Below are positions 53,353 through 64,000 of a DNA stretch of 64,000 bases, one piece after another; within the stretch, counting starts at the first letter, position 1; each line of letters opens with the position of its first letter. The translations under genes and the position numbers were made by a program. The stretch is taken from positions 124,001 through 188,000 of the forward strand of contig LSRY02000010.1 of NCBI GenBank assembly GCA_001643675.2, in the 5' to 3' direction. The notes under the pieces are model-generated. The model had not been told where the DNA came from. It did no database searches and worked only from the letters and a program-made list of their open reading frames with translations. Source of the stretch: Monocercomonoides exilis PA203 (taxonomy: Eukaryota; Protista; Preaxostyla).

Positions 53353-53485
53353 CAGTCAACTCAACTTCAATTTATTGTCTTTAATCTCCGCATATAGTTT
53401 TCATCAGAGAAACAATTCGTTTCCCGCTTTCGTTTGAGAAATGATAATTCATAACAGTCAAATGCAATACGTTTGAAAGTTATAT
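53353..53485 (-). pseudogene. Possible remnant of a hAT transposase C-terminal dimerisation domain
   Basis: Frameshifted translation TFKRIAFDCYELS/FSNESGKRIVSLMKTICGD*RQ*IEVELT resembles the family consensus L..LA...L.IP.SNA.VER.FS.MK.I....R.RL..E. Confidence 0.4.
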
Positions 53486-55989
53486 GAATTTATCAACATG
53501 TAATAAACACTATGACGAAGATTTCAGAATTGTTTTTGAAAATTGATTCGTGATTGTGATCCATTTATTTCTGATGTTGCAAATAAAATATTAAAAAAAA
53601 AAGTTAAATCGAAAAAGTACACAGACTTTTAAATAGAATTTTGAAAATTATTCATCCTAATATTGATCCCAGTCCATCGTCAATGTGACTTTCTTCCCAC
53701 AAATATCTCCTTTTCTTTTCTTTGAAGGGTTTCAAGACAATTTTCGCTTTTTCCAGTTGAAAGAGGTAGATCAAAATTAGAGTCTTCATTAAATTAATAA
53801 ATGAATTTGTGTATACATCAATAAAATGGATATCTTCTGTTTTGATTAACTATTTGTTTTGTCCATAAGGAATTATTCAATTTGTGATTCAGTTAATATA
53901 GCTTCTTTAACAAATGATGAAGATAAATTGGATCGAAGTTCTCTTCGGAAGATGATGAAAAATAATTTCTGAATAAGATGTCGAATAAGACAGTGAAAAA
54001 CACTCTTTTGTTGCAAATAATTAGAGTAGAATTTTGTTATATTATTTAAGAACTTTTTTTGTTGTGTTAATAAAGAAAAAATAAATTGCATTAAAAGAAA
54101 ATTTTAACAATAAAAATAAACAAACGATTTCCTGGTGATATGAAGCATAGAAAGACAAATAAAATAAATGAATAATTATGATTTTCAAACTGCCTTCTTT
54201 TTTTCGTGTCTATCCGTTTTCTTTTTCATATTATATGAAAAACAAAAGTCCGAATAAAAAGTTAAAATATCAAACTATTTTGTCATTTATCAAGACAAAT
54301 GCATCTCATTCGCTTATACGCATAAAATTTTATTTTTTGATCAAAGTCATAGTGACTCTGACTTGACCTGGCTGGAACTGACTGTCAGTGACGATCTAAA
54401 ATTCCTTTTTTACCTTCACGTCAGTTTCCCATTTTAATTTAAAAATTCATTCATTTTTTCTAAAAAAAAATAAGTCAGTGCAAATGTGAATTTTTTGAAT
54501 GCAATTAATAATATAAAAATGAAATGAATAAAGTTAATAATTCCTTTTTGTTTTATTGCTTCTGAAATTACGATTATTAATTACTGACGTGTAAATTATT
54601 GTTAAGTCCGTCAGAAATGAAAATTTTCACGTCAGTAGTCATTACGTCACACAGGTTTACTTTATTGGTGTCAGAATGTGTTTGAACTGTTGTGATTTTT
54701 CAATATTCTTCAAAAAAAAAATCAAAATATATTTTTATAAAAATTGTCACAAAAGTGTTTTTTTTTCCACAGAAATACATCATCATTGAAATTTTTGTGT
54801 TTTCAAAAAAACATGTTGAAAACAAACAAAGAAATTTCAAAAACCGAAAAAAAAGGGATCAAACCTGGGAATATCAAACAAAAAACCCAAAAACAAGCGA
54901 CGATGTGAAATAGACATATTAAATTGTTAACTCCTTCCTGTTGTTTTTCAATTATTATTTGTTTTCTTTTTTCGATAGAATGAAATGGGGCAATCTGTTT
55001 CTCTTTGAATATTTTCATAATAATTGGATGAACAATGGATGAACTTTTTGTGATCAAATAATTTGAAGAAAATGGGTTTATTTTTTGACTTGCGTCTAAG
55101 TCAAAAAACATTTTATTATGATTTTAAATGATATTCGTTAACAGATATGAAAACCCAAAAAATTTTGAAAATTTGAGAAATTTAAATAAAAAAATAAAAG
55201 ACACAATTTTTGTGAGCCAAGTGACAAAATTGTTTGATAGTCCATATTTTACCCCTTCCCCAATTTATAGAGATTTTTCTTGCATGTTTTTTCATGGTGC
55301 AACGAGTATTCTACTGAAACAGTTATCCTTCATTCACACACCACACATTAAACACAACCACATGATCGCTATGTGTTTTTGTGATTTTTTTAAAAAAGCA
55401 TGTGGATGGTAATTTTACAAATCATAACTTTTATCGGTGCGTTGAATATCCAAAGGTTTTTCGTAAACAGCAAAATAATTTTCATCTGAATGTTGAATGC
55501 AAGTCAATTATAACAAAAGCCTAAGCTAGGTACGAAAAAATAGCAGAGGTGTTATAAAAAATATCTATTTCTATTCAAGGTTCATAAATGAATACTCAAA
55601 ACAAATAATAAAACCGAAATTTTGGACAGAAAAAAGGATTGCAAAAATAATTACACATGTCGTATTCATCTTATCAACAAATAATCGAAAGAAGAATATC
55701 TGTATTCAAAAAAACTTTTGTGCCTGTTATTGTAGATGCTGAGGGTGTTGATATTGATACTTAAACGAACAAGAAATTGTTCTTTATATGCAGAACGCAG
55801 CCATTTGATCCGTCAGTTGTTTGAGACAGAATTTCAAATCAGTCTTCAATAACAAATATATCTGAAATGAATTCTTCAACCAACACAACCTCCGGAATAA
55901 TTAATATGAAAACTTTTCCGAGTCACAACTTAATGAAAGAGAACAATTCATATGAGGAAGGTTTGTTCAATTTTAATTATTCTGATATA

Positions 55990-56437
55990 CAGTCTAAACC
56001 GGATATAATCACGTCGAATATAATCACATTCGTATATAGTCACAATTTTCCATGCACCGACATATTTGGCCTATTTTTCATTCATTTTCCATCGCATGCA
56101 ATCACAGGGTTAAAAATATATAATCACATTTTGTTTCATTATGGGTGGATTTTTCAATGAAAAATTGATTTTTGATCATAAATTTCAAAATTTCGCTTTT
56201 TCAAAAATGTGCTCAAATAAGTCAAAATAATGTGTATTCATGATCAAAATTGATTAAGCAAGTGAAAAAAGCGTTTTTTTGAAGAATTTCCAGAAATAAA
56301 AATTTGACACAAAATTAATTAATAAATAAAATTAATTTCACTTTTTTCTGTGTAAAGCATCATCGTGTATAATCACAATCGGATATAGTCACAAATAGTT
56401 GTGCAAAAACCGATGTGATCATATCCGGTTTAGACTG
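55990..56437. mobile_element. Tc1/mariner(pogo)-type MITE, 448 bp, TA TSD
   Basis: TA|CAGTCTAAACCGGATATAATCACGTCG ... CGATGTGATCATATCCGGTTTAGACTG|TA, with repeated internal ATATA(A/G)TCAC motifs. Confidence 0.88.
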
Positions 56438-56642
56438 TACTATGAATGCCTTTCATTATTTCAATAATTATAAAATTGAAAAAGATAAAATATATAAAAT
56501 CACTTTGAAGTGCAGATGACAAAAGAAAATCTTTTTCAAACAAACAAACAAACAATAATATGTTTGAAGGAGAAACAAAAAACAAGAAACCTTAACAAAG
56601 GATTGATGATGCTATTGATTAATCATTTTTTTTATTCTCATA

Positions 56643-57409
56643 CACCAAAAATAATTCAATTTCGTAATTAATATTTCAAATTAGAAAAAAAAAAATAATT
56701 CAAATTCGGAATTAATAATTCGAAATCGAAAATTAATAATTCGATTTCGGAATTAATAATTCAATTTCGTAATTTATTAATTCAATTTCGAAAAAGAATA
56801 ATTCAATTTCGAAACGTGAATTTTTTTGATTTGTGGAATGAATAACTTGTATTTGAGGTTTTAAATTCTTTTAATTTTTATCTCATCAGCAAATTTTTTC
56901 ATCAATATTTGAAAAATGATGCATTTTCATTAAAAAATTTCCTTTCATTTTGAATGAAGATTTATTGATTGAAGTTAATTTGAAAATAAAACGAATTCAT
57001 TTTCATATTAAAAATTGATGATTTTAATGTTTTTTCCAAAGAAAAAGAATTTTTTCTATTGGTAAAAAAAAATTCTTGTTTTTTGTTTTTCTATTAATAG
57101 TGATTGATTATTTGCAATTTTTGATTGGGTATTATATAGAATGAATTTTTATTTAATTATTATTATTTGAATGATGATTTTCGAAAATGAAAAAAAAATA
57201 TATAAAAAAAAATAGATTTATTAATTGTTGCAATAAAAAAAACAGTTTTCTATGAGTAATAAAACTTGATTGGTTAAAAAATAACTTGAATTTTTCTGAA
57301 ATCCATTCGCGAGTAAAATTAAAAATTTCATTTTCTTATGAATTTCGAAATTGAAATAATCATTTTCGAAATTGAATTATTCTTTTTCGAATTTGAATTA
57401 TTTTTGGTG
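56643..57409. mobile_element. MITE with TA TSD and tandem subterminal repeats, 767 bp
   Basis: TA|CACCAAAAATAATTCAATTTCG ... CGAATTTGAATTATTTTTGGTG|TA. ~21-bp AATAATTCAATTTCG repeats occur at 56650-56812 and inverted at 57344-57400. Confidence 0.8.
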
Positions 57410-59949
57410 TAAGAAAAATGAAAAAGAAATAATGATTGAATCAAATTGAATAATGAAATTATATTTGTGTTTAAAACAATTTTTCTTTTCACATAATTGT
57501 GCTCAGAAAATGATCCTTTTGATTATTTTAAATCTCTCAATTATCTTCGCATATTCTTTTATCAAATAATGTTTCTTTTCGATCAGGGTTGTATGTGAAC
57601 GTTTCATTCTTCGATTTTGAAAATTTATTTGTAAACACAGCTTGAATACAAATTTCAAAAAAAAATATTCATTTTAGTTGATTCCAAATTGAAGAAACCA
57701 GGATGTGAAATCAATTATCGAAAAACATCTCAATTGATTATTCATTTCTGGATAATATCATTTTCGTTGGATTTGTCCATGACATTTTGACACACAATTA
57801 ATGATATCATATTTTATCTTTTTGGATTTCAAAATCTGTTTTTAATTGTTCAACAGTTTTTGTCTCAGAACATTTCTTTCTTTCTTTTTTTTAAAAAAAC
57901 TGTGTAATTATTTACTGTTTGTAGCATATTCATTTTAAAATTCAAAAATTTCAATGATGACAATATTTTTTTGCAAAAGCTAACGTTTTCAAGTTTGCAA
58001 AAAATAATTCTTTGTGCGGTTCAGTTTCTCGTCATTTTCACTTATTTTGATTAATTAAGCAATTTTTTATGCTTTCCTTCTAACATCAGACAACTAATTT
58101 TTTCTTCAAATTTGATATTGAAAGATGCTCAAATTAATAAATTTCGAACACAAAGCGGTATAAGGGTATTATGTGAGAGTTTTAAAAAAGAGGAAAAACC
58201 TTCATTGAAGCATCTTGTTAACTGTTATAATGATAAAAAATATGCAAGACAGTTGTCGGAAACTCGTTTTCAGATATGACAGTAATTGCTGAAAAAAGGT
58301 CATTTTCATATAATTATGTGTAATCAAATTTTTCTTTTTATAAATGTCTGTGCACATTTTTGGGCATAAGTGTAAAAAAACACCTCCTCCAATTTCACGA
58401 TTTCATTCATGATAATAAGTGATAATAAATAACATAAAAAAACAACACTTTTGGGTGGAGCAGTTTTTTGAGATATCAACATAATAAATCAAGAATAAAT
58501 ATTTGTGATCTGTTCCATAATTAAATTTTTATTTCAATATTTTTTGCTTAAAACTTTAATGCCTGCAAATTGAAGGTTTATCTTTGGATTTGATAACGCA
58601 GCACTTAAATACTTCACAATTGAGGTTTGAAATTTACACTTTATTGTTATTTTTAAGTGCAATGCTAAAAACTTTTTAATATCCTTCTTAATTGTAACAT
58701 CCACGTATTCATTCAATTTATTTTCAAAAATATTAACACTTTTTAAGTTTTAGAAGTTGTTGTAAACGAATTGAATTAATCTTTCGTTTTTTTAAAGTGA
58801 AAACCTTGTTTATCTAAAGTTTTTTTAATTAACAAGAAAGATTATTAGTGAAACGAAGATAATCATTAAAGTGCCATTTGATTTAGTTTATAAATATTTT
58901 TTGATAATTTGATTGATAGCTCATTTCATTCGTATGTGATCGTCTTTTTAAGTGATAAATGATTTCTGTATTTTAATTTGAAAGTTATGTCAAGATGATT
59001 TTTTTGATGTTGCATGAAGTCAAAATGTTTAAATGAAAAACTTCTGAAAATACAAATATATTTTCAGTTCATTTACAGAAAAAAATAGATCCAATTTTTA
59101 TTTTCTTGATGTTGTGAAAAAATGTTTGCTTTTTTAAATTTCAGGTGAACAACTAAAAAAATGAGAAATTTTCAAAACCTATTGACACACTTCCATAAAT
59201 GAAAACAGAAAAATAAACCACAACATAAACAATCTCATTTCTTCCATCTTTTTCAAATTTTCATCTTTTCTGATAGCATTCTTTAGATTTCCTTTCTTTT
59301 GCTTCAACTTTTTTGTCTCCATATCAATCTCTTTTTCTGATAGAACAGATAATATTATAAAATTAGACTATCTTTGTTTTATGAAATGTGGAGAAAATAA
59401 ACATGAAGCGAACTTGAATATGTTTGTCTGAAAGAAATAGCTGAACATAAGAGAAAGTTGTTTAAGTGCGAATAAGGAAGGAGGTTCAAGTCGATAACAA
59501 GGCATTACGAATGTTCTGACGATTTCATTGTTGCGAGGAAGTTTGGCAGTGACGAGGAGAGTATGGATGAGTCTTGTCGAATGATGGAAGCTACAGATGC
59601 AAAAAAGGAGACTTCTATGGTTGACTCACCTTGAAAAGTTGGTTCTTCACAAAGAGCTTCTGATGATACGCTTGAAAGAGTTAGGAGTGTGTGAGAGACT
59701 TCTTTTTGATGTTGAAGTCAATAACATACAGGCACATGGCTTCGTTTCGCATGCAGAATCTGTGCAAATGACGAATTTCGCTCTGAAGGAAAAGTTTTCG
59801 ATGGAAAGGACAGATTCAATTCTCAGGTGAGTGGGCATTGGAGGAAAAGAAAGATATACAGGAGAAAAAGATTACGAATAAGTCGTAGAAGGAGTATTGA
59901 AGATCTGAATGAAAGTAGAGAAGAGGAGAAGGTGGAGAAGAGATCGATG

Positions 59950-60080
59950 AAGATGAGGAAGATGAAGAAGAGGAGGAAGAGGAGGAAGAGGAGGAAGAGG
60001 AGGAAGAGGAGGAAGAGGAGGAAGAGGAGGAAGAGGAGGAAGAAGAAAAAGAGGATGAGGAGGAGGAAGAGGAGGAAGAG
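59950..60080. repeat. (GAGGAAGAG)n 9-mer tandem repeat (poly-Ser on the minus strand)
   Basis: Directly visible purine-rich tandem repeat. Confidence 0.9.
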
Positions 60081-60143
60081 GCAAAAGGTCAAAAGAAAAA
60101 ATGACGAAGAACATGAGTTAGGTAAATGGACATTTCATGAAGA

Positions 60144-61472
60144 TTAAAATGACGGAGCAATTATTCCATTTCCAGAAATTTCTGCGTCGGTTGCACAGAA
60201 AGAGAGCGTTTGAGTGGGAGCAAATATTGAGCTGAGGGGGGTGAGGGAGGCGAGGTGGAAGATGCTTTGACTGTTGAGGGAGAGACTGGTGACTGCTGTG
60301 TGGTTGAGGGCGAGGGAGCCAGCAGTGAGGAAGAAGAGGGGTGTGGTGATTGATGATGAAGATGGGGTTGTTCTGGTGATGGTGGTTGTGTTGAGGTTGA
60401 GGGAAGGGGAGTTTTGGGAGAGGTGGAAAAGGATGGGGATGATGGGGTTTGTGGAGTTGTGGGTGGTGGCAAGTGCAGAGACGGTTGGGGAGCCCTGGGT
60501 TTGTGCGAAGTGAGCAGACGAGGAAGATGGATCTGGCGAAGAAGATGTTGATGATGATGACAAGGATGAAAATGAAGAAAATGATGATGATGACTGTGAT
60601 GACTGAGAATATGAGTTTGATAATTGGGAAATGCTACTGGAGGCGATGATGGTGGAAGTTGTGCCATTTCCAGTGATTTTAGTGTCAACTGAGCTGAAGG
60701 TAAGTGTTTGAAGAGAAACAAATGTTGAGGAAAGGAGGGTGAGGAAGGCATCTTGGAGGAGGGAAATGAAGCCAGCGAGGGCATACTCGATGGTGGCACA
60801 TGGGGTCTGTTGGGGCCTGCCACAGGCATCAGCATCACTTCCACCATTTGAGACTATTTTGTTCTGGGCGATGATTGGAAGCCAGCTGTTGTATTCAGCG
60901 TTTTCAGCTGTTCCATTATTATATACTCTTTTTGATTCTGCTGTTGAGCCGCATTGCTGGAATGGAGATTGAGTGATTGCATTGCCACTGAAGAACACAT
61001 CGTTTCCTCTGCCATTTTTGGCAGTGTTGCCATCAAAGAAACAGAATGTGATGAATTTATTTCCACTCATCCAATTAAAAGTCGAATGAAAATAAATGGC
61101 AGCACCTCCATATGTCGAAGAAGCAGTTAATTTATTGTTTATGAATTGGCAATCATTAACAAAAAATTGATTTGGCTTATTTGTTGGAGGGTAGTGAAAT
61201 GTTAAAGAACCAGCAGCATCGCAACCTGAGTTTGCAATACACTTGCATTTGGAAAACAGAAATTGGCCGTTTGAAGTCATATTATTGAGCCAGAAATACC
61301 AACCAGTTCCATACCAATTTGTTATTGAACAACTTTCCACTCTGTTTTCTGAGATTAGCCAATCAGAGTTTGATTGTGGACAAACTATGCAAGTTGCTCC
61401 TCCATGCTTTGCTTGACATATTGTGAAATTTGATTTTGTTATGTTAGCATTTTTCAAAAATTTCCAGATCAT
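60144..61472 (-). pseudogene. Fragment of the giant surface-protein family (N-terminal region), cargo 2; close paralog of cargo 1
   Basis: Shares SENRVESCSI, GTGWYF, CFFDGNTA.NGRGNDV.FSGNAITQS and DACGRPQQTPCATIEYAL.GFISLLQ with cargo 1. Lacks the true N-terminus and breaks off into a rearranged segment. Further degenerate family-like sequence lies at ~59480-59830. Confidence 0.85.
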
Positions 61473-63497
61473 GAATGTTTAACCTTTGTCTTTAAGAATT
61501 CAGTGACAATTTTAGATTCAACAGTATGTGATTGAATATTGCTCTCTCATGATTTGATTGCAAGGAACAATGCTATGATTGATCTTTGAAGGGAATGTAT
61601 TAAATATTCAGATGTACCTGCGAAAATTAAAAATGATGAAGATTGTTCAATTTCAAACCTCAATTGTGAAGTATTTAAGTGCTGCGTTATCAAATCCAAA
61701 GATAAACCTTCAATTTGCAGGCATTAAAGTTTTAAGCAAAAAATATTGAAATAAAAATTTAATTATGGAACAGATCACAAATATTTATTCTTGATTTATT
61801 ATGTTGATATCTCAAAAAACTGCTCCACCCAAAAGTGTTGTTTTTTTATGTTATTTATTATCACTTATTATCATGAATGAAATCGTGAAATTGGAGGAGG
61901 TGTTTTTTTACACTTATGCCCATTTTTGATATCACAAAAACGAATGAGCTTGACGATCTATTCCACGATGAAGATGCAACATGGAGGTAGTTTTTCATGA
62001 ACATTTTGGGTGGGAGAATTATGCAGTGTCATAAGTGCAGAAGATTTATGAAAGTTCAAAAGGGGGAAAAGTTCAATAAATATTGGTACTGTTCCAAATG
62101 TGGTCAAAAAAAATCAGTTTTCGATGGAACAGTCTTTTCACAAAATAAAATTGGATTGGGGAAAACAATGAGGATTTTTTTATTGTGTTGTGAGGGAATT
62201 TCCATAAAGCATATTTCAAGATTAATAGGAATTGACAGAAAGATAATTGGATTTTGGGGGAGTGTGGAAAGCGTTGTGTGCATGAAAATGTGAAATGAGA
62301 ACCAAATCCAAATCGGAGGGGAGGGAAAGACAGACGAGTTTGATGAAGCTGTCTGGAGAAGGAGAAAATGCAAGAGGGGAAAAAGAAAAGAATAGACTTG
62401 GATTTTTGGAGCGGTGAAGAGATTGGAAGGTGGAGGAGCTGGTCCAAGATTCGTGATGAATGTTACCAATTTTGGAAAAGAGACTTTTCTGCCAATCATT
62501 CTGGAAAGAATATACTCCGGAACAACAATCATGTCTGACAAGTGGAAGGCTTATTCCACTTTGAGTCTTCGCAATCACACACACAAAACGGTCTGTCACA
62601 AACGACATTATGTGGACCCTGAAAGTGGAACCTGTACCAATACAATTGATAGATTGCGTGGTACTCTCAGGAAGTCTTTTCCCCCCTATGGAGTAAGGAA
62701 ATCACTGACGCCTGATCATTTGGCTATGCTAATGGTGCAATAATCGAAAGATTATGAGTTTTCTGACTATTTAATGAGCATTTCTAATTATTAACCTGTG
62801 AGACCTCATGCGCCTGAAACAGAATCTTTCAATGACGATGAGGATACTGATATTCCTGGTATTGATGTTATTTTTTCATAAAGAAAAGAGTGACGAAGAA
62901 TAGTCATGATTTTGCTTCAGAGGAAGAAAAAACCTTTGATTTTGAACATAAATTTTTATTGTGATTTCATATTTTTACTCTTTTTATTTATTTCGACAAA
63001 ACATTTCCGACACTCAACAATGTGCAACACTATCATAAATAATTTCATTGATTCATGATAAAGTTGTTTTAACCCAAAATGAAACCTTTTCAATCATCCA
63101 GATATACACAAAAAGCTTTTTGAATATGAATAACAATTTATGCATCTCTGAAAGTTCAAAGTTTCATTTTTGAAATTTCTTTTTCAGTGAGATTAGAATG
63201 TTTCTTTTTTTGAACAGAAAATTCTGTCGAAATTGAGAAAAAAAGTTTTAAATACTGAAATTTCGTTTATGGTTATTATTTTCTTCATGAATATAAAAAC
63301 TACTATCAACGAAATTAACAAATAAGTCGTGGATTTGATCAAATGTGACATTACACATTTTCATTTTTGTGGAAAGTTGCTTATTCCGTTAAAGAACTGA
63401 GTACCTTAATTCTCCAGGACAAACGATCAACTACAACACCTCTTGTGATGGGAGTTAGGAGCCTATAAAGGGCTTTGTCGCTTACCAGATCTTTGAC

Positions 63498-64000
63498 ATG
63501 GAAGTATCAATTGCAGGACCTGCATCGGGACTGAGCGGTATTTTTACCCTCGGCGGATCAACGGGCGGCGTGGGCTTATCTCAGCCTACCTCCTCAAGCA
63601 GTACACTTGCTTCCGACCAATTTCCAGCGACCTCACAACCAGAACCAGCAGTTCGGACAGAGAGCCAAGTTCCGTCTTTTTCTTCGCTTTGCGCGGCCTT
63701 ATTTAATGATAACATTAACTCGTCTGTATTTGATCTTCACACGGATTCCGCAGACTTAGCTACAACTGTTGAACAATACGAATCCATTGCTTGCACACCA
63801 TTTATTCCAGCCAGAACTCACCCTCATGCAAGATCATCAAATTGGCAAAAGGACGCGCTCGATTCCAGCGGATACAGAGTGGAAAGATATCTCATTCCCG
63901 CACTAAAGGCTCTGATCATGTCTCGTTCAGAAGGTGAAACCAGGAAAGAGAGGACATCAGACGCCATGCCCCTTATTGTTGCAGCCCTCCAGGAGGAACG
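63498..64000 (+). CDS. Open ORF running off the right edge; possibly Gag-like ORF1 of a retroelement (e.g. DIRS/tyrosine-recombinase type)
   Basis: Abrupt rise in GC after ~63400, TATAAA at 63464, and an ATG at 63498 opening a stop-free frame (MEVSIAGPASGLSG...KDALDSSGYRVERYLIPALKAL...). Element identity is a guess. Confidence 0.45.
   Translation, partial: MEVSIAGPASGLSGIFTLGGSTGGVGLSQPTSSSSTLASDQFPATSQPEPAVRTESQVPSFSSLCAALFNDNINSSVFDLHTDSADLATTVEQYESIACTPFIPARTHPHARSSNWQKDALDSSGYRVERYLIPALKALIMSRSEGETRKERTSDAMPLIVAALQEE

Larger units (their letters stand above)
51078..54659. mobile_element. hAT-like TIR element (3582 bp) with 8-bp TSD, carrying a host-gene fragment (Pack-type)
   Basis: TIRs TAAACCTGTCTGACG / CGTCACACAGGTTTA (one mismatch). 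Direct repeat CTTTATTG at 51070-51077 and 54660-54667. Clustered subterminal TGACG/CGTCAG motifs. Possible hAT dimerisation-domain remnant at 53353-53485 (-). Confidence 0.75.
58363..61920. mobile_element. Non-autonomous long-TIR element (Merlin-like, 3558 bp), 272-bp TIRs, 8-bp TSD, carrying host-gene cargo
   Basis: 58363-58634 is the reverse complement of 61649-61920 (no mismatch seen by eye). TIRs begin GG; TSD CATTTTTG at 58355-58362 and 61921-61928. GG termini with an 8-bp TSD are typical of Merlin. Confidence 0.9.
58344..62950 (+). pseudogene. Merlin / IS1595(ISXO2)-family DDE transposase pseudogene, split by the 58363-61920 insertion
   Basis: Removing the insertion and one TSD gives MSVHIFDITKTNELDDLFHDEDATWR*FFMNILGGRIMQCHKC...YCSKC (zinc ribbon), then QIGGEGKTDEFDEA...WIFGAV...IMSDKWKAY...HKTVCH...YVDPESGTCTNTID. 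One frame, with in-frame stops at 61988, 62291, 62393 and 62741. Confidence 0.88.

Noticed and set aside
54692-55960. Short ORFs in the transposon zone
   Set aside because: No recognisable domains; may be degraded sequence but nothing supportable.
56650-56812. ~21-bp tandem repeats resembling a CRISPR or iteron array
   Set aside because: No unique spacers and no cas genes, in a eukaryotic context; explained as MITE subterminal repeats.
61988-62743. In-frame TAG/TAA codons suggesting TAR=Gln recoding as in some oxymonads
   Set aside because: A TGA also interrupts the frame, and host genes such as the cullin end at TAA at their natural C-terminus; pseudogenisation is simpler.

Overview
Eukaryotic, intron-containing, AT-rich genomic DNA read in the standard code; the cullin ends at its natural C-terminus with TAA. 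The gene style (short GT-AG introns, huge poly-Ser insertions, giant Cys-rich receptor-like proteins with degenerate kinase tails) suggests an oxymonad/metamonad protist such as Monocercomonoides; this is inference. 1-50.2 kb is a gene block almost entirely on the minus strand: 5' part of a giant surface-protein gene (copy A), a small + strand coiled-coil gene, divergent ORC2, an OS-9/ERLEC1-like ER lectin, V-ATPase c subunit, TAF13, NEK2-like kinase, cullin, HEATR6, a complete 4171-aa giant receptor-pseudokinase (copy B), an MPPED metallophosphoesterase and casein kinase 1. 50.3-64 kb is a transposon-rich zone with foldback elements, two TA-TSD MITEs, a decayed Merlin/IS1595-family transposase and the start of a probable retroelement ORF. 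It also holds two ~3.6-kb TIR elements with 8-bp target-site duplications, one hAT-like and one Merlin-like with 272-bp TIRs inserted into the Merlin transposase. Each carries a pseudogenised N-terminal fragment of the giant surface-protein family. That same N-terminal domain is where the two otherwise near-identical full-length copies show a dense patch of divergence. The main hypothesis is a Pack-transposon-borne cassette pool that shuffles or diversifies a giant receptor family.
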